A stretch of DNA of 29,993 nucleotides from a virus (IMGVR_UViG_3300042401_001499), one strand, 5' to 3'. Positions 6,977 to 15,923 are shown, counted from the first letter of the stretch. Made by a program: numbers and translations. Notes: generated from the sequence alone by a model not told the origin.

Positions 6977-7885
6977 ATGGGAGGAAACGTATTCGATAGT
7001 ACAGCACCAATAAAAAAAGAGCATATTAAACCAACTCTATTAGAGTTCTTTAAGCAGTTCAAAACAATATTTCCAAAAGCAGAACCATTCTTTAGAGAGA
7101 TGAAAACTCTAGGATCTGTAGGGAAAAAAGATTATTCAGGGGATATTGACCTAGCACTTGCCGGGTCATCCTTTGATGATATAAATGATTGGGGTCTGGA
7201 TGAGAAACACGTTCAAGCTTTATTTGAAGGATTTAAGAAAAGAGCTAGAACCTCTTCTGATGATCAGTTGATGAAAAGAGCTGTAATTGTAGCAGTAGCA
7301 CAGAAAGTGTTAGAGGCTGATACAGAGATTATAGCAGATGTAAAAGGATCAGGAGCAGGAGCTTTATTTCTTTTATTCCCTCAGTATGATGAGAATAACG
7401 AAGTAGTAGGTCAAAACGTTCAAATAGATGTAAATGTAGGAGATGTAGATTGGCTTTCATTTGCTTATCACTCAGCCACTTACTCAGGAAACGTAAAAGG
7501 TCTTCATAGAACACAGTTACTTGTATCTTTATTCTCTCACAAAGGGTATACATTCTCTCACAACTATGGAGTAAAGAGTAAAGAAACACAAGAGATAGTA
7601 GCCAATACACCTCAACAAGCAATCGACCTACTAAACCAGTTATATGGTTTAAATTTAGATCGAGATACAATAGGAGACTATTTTAAGTTGATAGAAACAC
7701 TAGAAGCAGGCTTATCTGAACAAGATTTGCATGCTGTTTATGATACTTATCTTAAGATATTAGATTCAACAAGAGCAGATATACCGGAAGATTTACAGTC
7801 ATATTGGATAGAAAATCAAGAAAGATTAGGACTAAAAGGTAAATTCTTACCAGATAATTCAAACTTAATACAATACAGAGCATAA
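6977..7885 (+). CDS. Pol-beta-superfamily nucleotidyltransferase (paralog 1)
   Basis: LGSVGKKDYSGDIDL = GS-x8-DxD (G46,S47,D56,D58); third acidic residue candidate in NVQIDV. Confidence 0.8.
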   Translation: MGGNVFDSTAPIKKEHIKPTLLEFFKQFKTIFPKAEPFFREMKTLGSVGKKDYSGDIDLALAGSSFDDINDWGLDEKHVQALFEGFKKRARTSSDDQLMKRAVIVAVAQKVLEADTEIIADVKGSGAGALFLLFPQYDENNEVVGQNVQIDVNVGDVDWLSFAYHSATYSGNVKGLHRTQLLVSLFSHKGYTFSHNYGVKSKETQEIVANTPQQAIDLLNQLYGLNLDRDTIGDYFKLIETLEAGLSEQDLHAVYDTYLKILDSTRADIPEDLQSYWIENQERLGLKGKFLPDNSNLIQYRA

Positions 7886-9972
7886 TGAGTGGAGTAGCAG
7901 GAGGAAATAGAATAGAAAGAGGAGATGTACATAATACATTCAATAAATACGTAGAAGAAGTTCTAAGTAAAATACCAGGCTTTAAGAAAGCTTCTCTATC
8001 AGGATCTGTTAAGGCAGGTTCTAAAGCTGACTTTGGAGACTTAGATATCATTGTATGGTTTGAAGGAGACGATAAGAGAGAAGTAAAACAAAGACTTATC
8101 GATGCAGCTTTAGCTCTACCGCAAGACGTAATTGTACCTTTTAAATCAGAAAAGTACACAGGAAGGAGATATTATAACTCAGGAGAACTAATCTCAGTAC
8201 TCTATCCAATTGTAGGAAAAGAAAATGAGTTTATTCAAGTGGATAACATCATTTCTCTTACAGAAGAAGAGCATGCTTTTAAAGGATCATTCTTAGACCT
8301 ACCGGCTGAAAAGCAAGGACTACTAATAGGACTAGCAAAAGTAATTCTATTGGAAGAAAATCCTGAAGAAGTATTTAGAAGAATGGGTATTTCAAATATA
8401 CCTAAACTTGAAAAAGGAGAAGAATACGAATTCAATTTATCATCAGTAAAACTGTCCTTAAGAAAAGTAAAACTAGAAGGCTTTAGAGAGATAGCGAGAG
8501 AAGAAGTTTGGTCAACAACAAGTTGGGGAACCATTAAAATTTTATTTAAGAATTTTAGCATTGACGGGTCTTTTGAAGACCTATTAGATGATATTGCAAG
8601 AAGACTTACAAATGCTAGATCTAAAAATAGAATAGCAGGGATATTCAAATCAATGGTAACTGTTAAATCAGGAGAAGTAGGAACAGCTAAAGGAAAAGGT
8701 AAAGAAGATGCACTTGAAAAAGTAGCACAAACACTTGCTGAAGCTTTAGATGACGGATCAGAAGTAGTAGCTTTATATGCAGGAGGATTTAAACCACCGC
8801 ACCTTGCTCACTTTGAGAATGCTAAGTTTTTATCCACTCAAGCAGATAAGATTGTAATCTTTATTGGACCTAAAATTAGAGAAGGAGTAAAAATTACAGC
8901 AGAACAATCAAAAGCAATTTGGGAGATCTATGCAAAATACATAAATGTACCAGTAGAGATTCAGATCAGTAGAGTAACACCTGTATTAGACATATACGAA
9001 TGGATTGATGCAAATCAAGACAAAGTAACAAGAATTATTACAGGAGCTATGGCTGATGAAATGGGTAAATTCTCAGGAATAGAAAAAGGTAAAGTAAAAG
9101 GTAACTATAAAAACGTAGAAGTAAAAGAACTTCCTATAATTGTAGACAAAGAAGACAGTAAATTCTCAGCAACTGATATTAGAAAGTCAGAAGAGTTCTT
9201 ATTATCAGGTAAATGGATTCCAAAAGTAATATCTAAAGAAGATAAACAAGCAATCGTAGATATTGTAGCACCACAAAAAGAGGATTCAATCGAAGATAAA
9301 ATGCTAACTGCTGTTGATAATGTATTTGAAAGCTTTTTTCCAAAAGAAACTAAGAAAAAAGTAGTAAAAGAAGGATCATCAGGAACACCAATAGCTGCAT
9401 CAGGAGCTATTCCGTCTAAAGATAGAGCAGACTTACTAGACCTATTCAATCAACTAAGACAAACAGTAGATTCAGATAAATTTACAGTAGTATTTAATCA
9501 GGATAGAATTGACATTTACGTTAAGACATACTCAGATGTAAGCTTTGATCAAACCCCTTATCAAAAACACCTACCGGAGTCAGTAGAGCAAGAAAAATTT
9601 AACTACACTCCATACATAGCATCTATTTTAGAGTATATGCTTGATGAAGGTATGAATATACAACCACTACCAGAGGTAAAAGTAAGGTACGATGAAGATC
9701 AAGCCAATAACTTCTTCGGTAGAACAGCTTATTACAATCCAAATAATAAGGAAGTAATTCTATATGTACTTGGAAGACATCCTAAAGATGTTTGTAGATC
9801 CTTTACACATGAAATGATACATCATATTCAGAATATTGAAGGAAGACTTGAAGGATTAGCAGCTACTACCAATACAAATGAAGACTCAAACCTACAGGAA
9901 ATAGAAAAAGAAGCTTACCTAAGAGGTAATATAACCTTCAGAAACTGGGAAGACGGAGTAAAAAGTAAATAA
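7885..9972 (+). CDS. Fusion: Pol-beta nucleotidyltransferase + HIGH-type cytidyltransferase-like domain + zincin metallopeptidase-like domain
   Basis: SGSVKAGSKADFGDLD (G40,S41,D52,D54) and FIQVDN; YAGGFKPPHLAH (8776-8811) with SATDIRK (9166-9186); FTHEMIHHIQ (9808-9822) followed by EKEAY. Confidence 0.8.
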   Translation: MSGVAGGNRIERGDVHNTFNKYVEEVLSKIPGFKKASLSGSVKAGSKADFGDLDIIVWFEGDDKREVKQRLIDAALALPQDVIVPFKSEKYTGRRYYNSGELISVLYPIVGKENEFIQVDNIISLTEEEHAFKGSFLDLPAEKQGLLIGLAKVILLEENPEEVFRRMGISNIPKLEKGEEYEFNLSSVKLSLRKVKLEGFREIAREEVWSTTSWGTIKILFKNFSIDGSFEDLLDDIARRLTNARSKNRIAGIFKSMVTVKSGEVGTAKGKGKEDALEKVAQTLAEALDDGSEVVALYAGGFKPPHLAHFENAKFLSTQADKIVIFIGPKIREGVKITAEQSKAIWEIYAKYINVPVEIQISRVTPVLDIYEWIDANQDKVTRIITGAMADEMGKFSGIEKGKVKGNYKNVEVKELPIIVDKEDSKFSATDIRKSEEFLLSGKWIPKVISKEDKQAIVDIVAPQKEDSIEDKMLTAVDNVFESFFPKETKKKVVKEGSSGTPIAASGAIPSKDRADLLDLFNQLRQTVDSDKFTVVFNQDRIDIYVKTYSDVSFDQTPYQKHLPESVEQEKFNYTPYIASILEYMLDEGMNIQPLPEVKVRYDEDQANNFFGRTAYYNPNNKEVILYVLGRHPKDVCRSFTHEMIHHIQNIEGRLEGLAATTNTNEDSNLQEIEKEAYLRGNITFRNWEDGVKSK

Positions 9973-9986
9973 AAATAAAAAAGGTT

Positions 9987-10361
9987 ATGAAAAAAACAAA
10001 GGTTACAAAGAAGCAGATCGTTGAGTATGTAGAGAAGTACATAGTTGAAGTAGAGAACCACTATGGTTTGTCAAAACATCAGCAAACCTCTCCACACATA
10101 TATCTAAGCAAAGATATTATAGACGACATAAAAGGAGAGTATTGTTACTTATTCAATGAGATAACAATATACTACAATAACATAGGAAGCTTAGAGGAAC
10201 TAATACGAACGGTTATTCACGAATATCAACACTACCTACAGTCACCATCTTGGATGACCAGGTATTATAGAATGGGATACGATTATTCAAATCATCCATA
10301 CGAAGTAGCAGCATATAACGAAGAAGAAAATTGGGAGACAATATGGAAACAAGCATCGTAA
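9987..10361 (+). CDS. Small zincin-like (HExxH) metallopeptidase
   Basis: TVIHEYQHYLQ (10218-10232) followed by NHPYEVAAY, a third-ligand Glu helix. Confidence 0.7.
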   Translation: MKKTKVTKKQIVEYVEKYIVEVENHYGLSKHQQTSPHIYLSKDIIDDIKGEYCYLFNEITIYYNNIGSLEELIRTVIHEYQHYLQSPSWMTRYYRMGYDYSNHPYEVAAYNEEENWETIWKQAS

Positions 10362-10927
10362 CATTACTGGGAGCTGAAAAGCTACCATATCAGATATACT
10401 GTGATATGGACGGAGTATTAACAGACTTTGAAAAGAGATTTATAACTCTTTTAAGAAAAGAAGGGCCAAAATACTACTCAAAAGCAACAATTGCACAAGT
10501 AACAAGACCTAAGCACTTCGAAAAGATAGAGGGACAGGAAGAATTCTGGAAATTTATTGATCAGCATATAGGATTAGAGTTCTGGTCTGAAATGCCTTGG
10601 ATGCCAAATGGAAAAGCATTATGGGACTTTATTCAACCCTATGGTCCAAAGCTTTTAACATCTCCTTCAAGAGATAATACTTCAAGACTTGGAAAAAGAC
10701 TGTGGGTAAAAGAGAATCTAGTACCTGCTCCTGAAGTAATTTTTAGATTTGGAGATGCTAAGTCGGATTTTGCAAATGAAAACTCTATATTAATAGATGA
10801 TAAACCTTCTAACCTAGCTGCATTTGCCGCTAAAGGGGGAATATCAATAGAATGTAAAGATGGAGATATTTCATCGGTTATAAATGAATTAAAAGAACTT
10901 GGTTATGGCAAAGGAGAGCTTACTTAA
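10343..10927 (+). CDS. HAD-superfamily 5'(3')-deoxyribonucleotidase-like phosphatase
   Basis: IYCDMDGVL (motif I), LLTSP (II), GKRLW (III), ILIDDKPSN (IV). ATG 10343 preferred over TTG 10331. Confidence 0.85.
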   Translation: METSIVTLLGAEKLPYQIYCDMDGVLTDFEKRFITLLRKEGPKYYSKATIAQVTRPKHFEKIEGQEEFWKFIDQHIGLEFWSEMPWMPNGKALWDFIQPYGPKLLTSPSRDNTSRLGKRLWVKENLVPAPEVIFRFGDAKSDFANENSILIDDKPSNLAAFAAKGGISIECKDGDISSVINELKELGYGKGELT

Positions 10928-11486
10928 AAAAGAATTTACCTCAAAAGATGTTAACAGGGCTAGAAACCTAGTCAATAAAGACTTCTCAGCAAAGACAGTT
11001 GACGGTGTAGGATATGCCAAAGCACATGTAGCATATACAGAGGGAGATATTTGGGAAGAGAGTGGAAGAACTTGGACTATTAGGAATGGACTAAGACAAA
11101 ACATCACCAAACTCGATGCAGCTAAGAAAGCAATGCAAGTACCCCTAGCATGTCCAAAATGTAAAGGATCAATGCAACACCATCTAGCACAGAAAATGTA
11201 TAAGATACATAAAATGTGTTTTGATTGCGTGATTGACTACGAAGCAGAACTAAGAAAAGCAGGTCTTTATGAATCGTATGAAAAGAATATGATGCAGGGG
11301 AGTATGAAAGCTTTTGCTAGAGATGTAGAGCAATGGGTCTTTGATAGTTTAGAATCAACAAACACTTTTGTAACTGAACAAGGAGATGTAGAGGATTGGA
11401 ATAGTGATGATTCTAGATTTAAAGAACAAACCAACAAGAATCTTCAGGAGTACCTAAAACACATCAGAAGCCATATAGATTCGTAA
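10905..11486 (+). CDS. Zn-finger hypothetical protein
   Basis: CPKC...CFDC motif; ATG 10905 preferred over TTG 10899. Confidence 0.7.
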   Translation: MAKESLLKKEFTSKDVNRARNLVNKDFSAKTVDGVGYAKAHVAYTEGDIWEESGRTWTIRNGLRQNITKLDAAKKAMQVPLACPKCKGSMQHHLAQKMYKIHKMCFDCVIDYEAELRKAGLYESYEKNMMQGSMKAFARDVEQWVFDSLESTNTFVTEQGDVEDWNSDDSRFKEQTNKNLQEYLKHIRSHIDS

Positions 11487-11500
11487 TAAGTTTTTCTTAC

Positions 11501-11507
11501 TATTTAT
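11501..11507 (+). promoter_or_regulatory. TATTTAT box (putative late promoter)
   Basis: Intergenic, 34 nt upstream of ATG 11535. Confidence 0.45.
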
Positions 11508-11534
11508 TTTTAAACAGTAAATAGTGTTCGACTT

Positions 11535-11675
11535 ATGGCAAAAGTAAAATCAGCTCCATCAACAACTAAGGTAGATAAACCTAAAGTAGCAAGACCGGGA
11601 GTACATGCAAAATGCAAGACTTCAAAACTTAAATCTTCTAAGAACTATAAGAAGCTTTATAACGGACAAGGATAG
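11535..11675 (+). CDS. 46-aa highly basic peptide ending YNGQG (not in ORF track)
   Basis: MAKVKSAPSTTKVDKPKVARPGVHAKCKTSKLKSSKNYKKLYNGQG; stop TAG 11673-11675, next ATG at 11677. Confidence 0.75.
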   Translation: MAKVKSAPSTTKVDKPKVARPGVHAKCKTSKLKSSKNYKKLYNGQG

Positions 11676-11676
11676 T

Positions 11677-11937
11677 ATGAAACTACTAAAAGTACTTCAC
11701 GAGAATTACGGAGGACCAGGTGAACTAGTCTTACCAGAATCACATCAAGCTGGAATGAGAGTTACCAAAGGAGGTTCCATGTGCGCAAATTGCGAATACT
11801 GGACTGAAGAAGGGAACCTATGTACAAGTAAATACTGGAAGAAGTGGTCTGAGGTAGAGGAAATACCCTATCCTGCAGATGAATACTGCTGTAACTGGTG
11901 GGAACCAATGCCTGAAGAAGATAATGCAGAAGTCTAA
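11677..11937 (+). CDS. Small Cys-rich protein (HiPIP-like Cys spacing) with MKLLKVLHE leader
   Basis: CANCEYW...C...YCCNWW. The track start at 11605 overlaps the 11535 ORF, so ATG 11677 is preferred. Confidence 0.65.
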   Translation: MKLLKVLHENYGGPGELVLPESHQAGMRVTKGGSMCANCEYWTEEGNLCTSKYWKKWSEVEEIPYPADEYCCNWWEPMPEEDNAEV

Positions 11938-12352
11938 ACTTATACAACTAGTTAGAGAAGCATTAGATGCCTCTACAACTGCTCCTAATAACATCCCAGG
12001 AGGACTAGCTCAGTATGCTACAGTAGGAGATTTAGCTAAAATGCATAAACTACCTCTCGATGAGATTATAAAGCAGATAATAAAAGGGGTAAAAGTAGAA
12101 TCAGAACATACAACAGATTTGGATATTGCTATGGAAATAGCATTTGACCATGTTTACGAGAATCCTACATATTACGATGATTTAAAAAAAATAGAAGAAG
12201 GAGTACACGATCCTGTTCAACCAGGTATCTTAAAAGATAGGTTAGGTAAACTGTCCTGTACAAAAGTAAGAACAGCACATTCAGCATTAGAAGATAAGGG
12301 TACTCATTACGGAAAAGCATTACAAAGATACCTAAATTATCATTGCAAATAG
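11924..12352 (+). CDS. DUF5661-like protein plus small C-terminal module
   Basis: KGVKVESEHTTDLDIAMEIAFDHVYENPTYY resembles the DUF5661 signature (from recall); ATG 11924 (MQKSKLIQLVRE) preferred. Confidence 0.6.
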   Translation: MQKSKLIQLVREALDASTTAPNNIPGGLAQYATVGDLAKMHKLPLDEIIKQIIKGVKVESEHTTDLDIAMEIAFDHVYENPTYYDDLKKIEEGVHDPVQPGILKDRLGKLSCTKVRTAHSALEDKGTHYGKALQRYLNYHCK

Positions 12353-12387
12353 TAGATTAATAGAAAATAAATTCATATCTTTAGAAG

Positions 12388-14844
12388 ATGGCAAAATATA
12401 CAAAAACAGAACTTTCAAAAAAACTTTTACAAGTAGAATCAGCAATTGATACTCTAAGAAAAACTAAAGGTTCAAAATCTGAGCAAGGAGTAATTCAAGA
12501 GCAAATCAAACGATTGAAAGAGGTAAAAAACAATCTTTCAACCTTATTAAAAGAGACTACGGTTCCTGCTACACTTTCCTATAAAGGAAACGTACCTGAC
12601 AAAGTACTTAAAGTAGATCCATCAGATGAAGAAACTATTCAAAACATAAAGACAGATCCAAACATAGATCATGCAACAGTTGGGGTTAAGAGAATAAAAG
12701 AAGAAGTAAGAAAATATACTACAGAAGAATCAGCAGCAGTTGGTAAAACAGTTGCTAAATCTCTTTTAAAAGTTCTTAGAGCACAAGGAGATGAAGTTGT
12801 AAAAATAAAACTAACAGGACTAAGACCAGATAAGTTTAACATTCATGTTGAATATGGAAATGATAAAGGAGTAGACACTTTTAAATTCAACCTAAACCCA
12901 GAAGGAACAGCCATTATCTTAAACCTAGGAAACGAATCAATGGAACTAGTAGACTTTGTGATTACACAGGGTAATACTGTCTCTCTACCGGCTCCTGACC
13001 TAGAAGATAAACTAAGTGATGCAATGAAAAAGTACGTTGGAGAACCAGTAGATAACGAATTCGGTCAAGCAGAACAGCCTATCTACGAAGATGATCACTT
13101 ACAGTCAGATGATGAATCTTCAATGGCACAAGCACAATTAAAATCCATTCAATCCAATGCAAGTAAGTTAATGGATATAATAGGAGACGATGAGCAATTA
13201 GATGCATGGGTTCAATCTAAACTAACCAAAGCAGAAGATTACCTAGATGCAGCAGCAGGATATCTACACTCAGAAGAAGACCAAGCACCTGTTACATTAG
13301 CAGTAACATTAGATGAAATCTCATTTAAGATAAACGGTTTAGGTAACTATACAAGTATTAAAGGAGATAACGAAACAATTACAGGAAGAGACCAAGGAGG
13401 AACAGTTAGAACTTTTACAAGAAAGAGAATAGAACAAGATAACCCGGGAATCTTTGATAAACAGCCAAGAGAAAGAAAGCCAAGAGAGATAAAACCTCAA
13501 GGAGTTCGTCCTTATTCAGAAGCACAGTATAGAAAGATCTTACAAGGAGCAATTGATGATGCAGGTAGTACAGAATTTGCTTACGATATAGCAGACTCTA
13601 TGATATACGATCCACAAATACTTGCTAGGCTTAAAAAAGACTACCCAGGAGACTCAGCTAGAGAGTTAAAACAAAGACTTCAATGGGATTTAGAAGCTTG
13701 TGATTCACCAGAAGATGATTACGATGATGACTATGAAAGTGAAGTAGCAGAAGCAGTACTAAATGAAAAGAAAGCTACATATTGCGGAAGATGTGGACAT
13801 ACCCATGTTAAGGGTACACCTTGTCCAAGACCTTTTAAAGAAGGTGTAGTAGCAGAAAAACTAGGGCCTAAATCTAAACCGGAAACATACATAAAAGACT
13901 TCAAAAAATCAGATGCTCCTCAATTTAAAGGAAAATCAGCAGAGAAGAAAAGGCAAATGGCCATAGCAGCTTATATGTCAAACAAAAATGAAGCATTAGA
14001 TGCAGTAGGAAAAGAGGATGACGATATTAACAATGACGGAAAAGTCGATAAAACAGATAAGTACCTAAAACACAGAAGAGATGTTGTTTCTAAAAAACTG
14101 TCAGAAGGAGCAATAAAAGATTTATTTAAAGACCCAATGCAGGCTGCAGATGCTAGAGGATGGATTAGAAACCCTAAACTATCAGATACTGAAAAAAGAG
14201 ATAAAATTAAATCTGTAATGAAAGATCCTTCTAAGTTTAATGACTTAATGGATGCTTTTACAGATGAATTAGGAAACGTAAAAAATGCAATCTCTAAAAA
14301 AGAACTAAAAGAAATAATGCTAGAAGCATACGTTGAAATTCTTCAAGAGGAAGAAGGAGCAGTTCTTAAAACATCTACAGAAGAAATACTAGGAAAATTT
14401 CCTACAGTTAAAAAAGCATTAGTATCTTTATTCACACAAGAATATCCAGAATTTGTAACAGATGTAAGATGGGTAGTACCAAAACCTTCCACATTCGCAG
14501 TTGATCTTAAAAATGGTCAATCATTCAATATTAAATGGATGGGTAAAGGATTTGAAGCACAAATTGAAGGTAAAAAATACTATTTAGATAAATTAGCAGA
14601 ATACCAACAAGCGTTAGATAAGATAAACGATCTTCTTAAAAACGGACCGATTACAACTGGTGAAGAACCAGGTGGAGAAGAGTTTGGAGCACCAGCAGCA
14701 GAACCAGCAGCCGGAGGCGGAGGTGGTGGAGACTTTCCAGGTGGAGAAGCCGGAGGCGGTGAAGAACCAGCACCTGAAGGTGGAGAAGAAGGCGGAGAAG
14801 CAGCAGCAGCAGAATTTGAAGAAGAAACACCAGAAGCACTTTAA
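12388..14844 (+). CDS. Large acidic mosaic protein, probable internal head/core polyprotein
   Basis: 818 aa of short unrelated modules ([51 protein letters not shown]) with a Gly/Glu/Pro low-complexity tail. Confidence 0.7.
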   Translation: MAKYTKTELSKKLLQVESAIDTLRKTKGSKSEQGVIQEQIKRLKEVKNNLSTLLKETTVPATLSYKGNVPDKVLKVDPSDEETIQNIKTDPNIDHATVGVKRIKEEVRKYTTEESAAVGKTVAKSLLKVLRAQGDEVVKIKLTGLRPDKFNIHVEYGNDKGVDTFKFNLNPEGTAIILNLGNESMELVDFVITQGNTVSLPAPDLEDKLSDAMKKYVGEPVDNEFGQAEQPIYEDDHLQSDDESSMAQAQLKSIQSNASKLMDIIGDDEQLDAWVQSKLTKAEDYLDAAAGYLHSEEDQAPVTLAVTLDEISFKINGLGNYTSIKGDNETITGRDQGGTVRTFTRKRIEQDNPGIFDKQPRERKPREIKPQGVRPYSEAQYRKILQGAIDDAGSTEFAYDIADSMIYDPQILARLKKDYPGDSARELKQRLQWDLEACDSPEDDYDDDYESEVAEAVLNEKKATYCGRCGHTHVKGTPCPRPFKEGVVAEKLGPKSKPETYIKDFKKSDAPQFKGKSAEKKRQMAIAAYMSNKNEALDAVGKEDDDINNDGKVDKTDKYLKHRRDVVSKKLSEGAIKDLFKDPMQAADARGWIRNPKLSDTEKRDKIKSVMKDPSKFNDLMDAFTDELGNVKNAISKKELKEIMLEAYVEILQEEEGAVLKTSTEEILGKFPTVKKALVSLFTQEYPEFVTDVRWVVPKPSTFAVDLKNGQSFNIKWMGKGFEAQIEGKKYYLDKLAEYQQALDKINDLLKNGPITTGEEPGGEEFGAPAAEPAAGGGGGGDFPGGEAGGGEEPAPEGGEEGGEAAAAEFEEETPEAL

Positions 14845-14856
14845 TAAAAATAAGTT

Positions 14857-15906
14857 ATGAGCGTAATAGATAAAGTAGTTAACGAATGGGCATTCCGATG
14901 TAAGAAAGGATACCCAGATATGAATAATCCTGATGATATGAAAATATTAAAAGAGATTTATTCTGAATACGGGGTAGTATTAGAGGAAGAAAAGCCTAAG
15001 GAGGAGGTTGATAATCAAGCTTTGTTATCACAAATAGCAACACTACTACAGGCTGAAAAAGGAAATAGTAAGCTTCTAACAAGAATCTATAGAACATTAA
15101 CTTCAAACCCTTCTATTGATGCACTTAAGCAAAAATTAGAGGATGCAGGTATTGGGAAAAACACTTTTGATAATAGAAATTTATTTAATGAAATAATAAC
15201 AATTTTACAAAAAGGAGAAAAGAGCGATATAGGAAGTTTAGTAAAATACTTAGAGCAATCTAAGATACCAAAAGAGGGTAATATCTATACACAAGTACCT
15301 GAACTCCCTACTCAAAAACTGCAAGCAATAGGTAACCTAACAGGTGCTAAAGGAACTACAGCTATGGGAAAAGGAGAGATACTATTCCCATTAATATTCT
15401 CAGATATTAAACTTAGAATCAGTGATGCAGGAGATTTTACTAGAAATGGTAAAACCGTAGAACTGAAAGCCATTGGAGTCGGGAAAGAGGGCAAACAATC
15501 GGGTGGAGGAAGGTTTGGAGTTGCAAGAGCGTTTGAAAATTACGAACCCCTTAATACGAATGTAGCAAAAGGTTTTAGCCAAGCTATGAAAAACGATTAC
15601 CTTTCCTTCTCAGAAGAGGAAAAAGATAAACCACTTTCTAATATTAATAAGTACATACAGAAGATATATCCAGGATCCTCTCAAGTTGTAGATAAAAGTA
15701 ATATACAATCACTTAATATTCTTTTACAAAAAGCAGCCATAGAGAGTTACGTCTCTATAAAAAAAATAGATGAATTTCTACTTTTTAACCCCATTACCGG
15801 AGATTTCAAACTAATAACACCAGCAAAAGCATTAGTAGACCTTGCAGGCACCCCGGAAGTAGGTCTTACTACCGCTACAGTACCGCAATTAATATCTTTT
15901 AACTAA
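14857..15906 (+). CDS. Hypothetical protein with PD-(D/E)XK-like motifs
   Basis: GKGEIL...AGDF...VELKA (15367-15468) fits motifs I, II and III; N-terminal MSVIDKVVNEW module. Confidence 0.55.
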   Translation: MSVIDKVVNEWAFRCKKGYPDMNNPDDMKILKEIYSEYGVVLEEEKPKEEVDNQALLSQIATLLQAEKGNSKLLTRIYRTLTSNPSIDALKQKLEDAGIGKNTFDNRNLFNEIITILQKGEKSDIGSLVKYLEQSKIPKEGNIYTQVPELPTQKLQAIGNLTGAKGTTAMGKGEILFPLIFSDIKLRISDAGDFTRNGKTVELKAIGVGKEGKQSGGGRFGVARAFENYEPLNTNVAKGFSQAMKNDYLSFSEEEKDKPLSNINKYIQKIYPGSSQVVDKSNIQSLNILLQKAAIESYVSIKKIDEFLLFNPITGDFKLITPAKALVDLAGTPEVGLTTATVPQLISFN

Positions 15907-15915
15907 ATAACAAAC

Positions 15916-15923
15916 TATTTATA
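15916..15923 (+). promoter_or_regulatory. TATTTATA box (putative late promoter)
   Basis: First T lies 25 nt upstream of ATG 15941. Confidence 0.6.

Noticed and set aside
6977-9972. Calling the NTase pair a CBASS (CD-NTase) system or CCA-adding enzymes
   Set aside because: Only the generic Pol-beta motifs are visible. There is no recognisable Cap effector or family-specific signature, so both remain hypotheses in the findings.
6046-11923. Longer track starts at 6046, 10331, 10899, 11605 and 11879
   Set aside because: Each extension overlaps the upstream gene heavily or uses TTG; downstream ATGs (6124, 10343, 10905, 11677, 11924) give tight coupling and typical N-termini.
14660-14860. Alternative-frame plus-strand ORFs 14660..14860 and 22117..22311
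   Set aside because: They are out-of-frame shadows of low-complexity Glu/Gly-rich coding sequence, with no independent start context.
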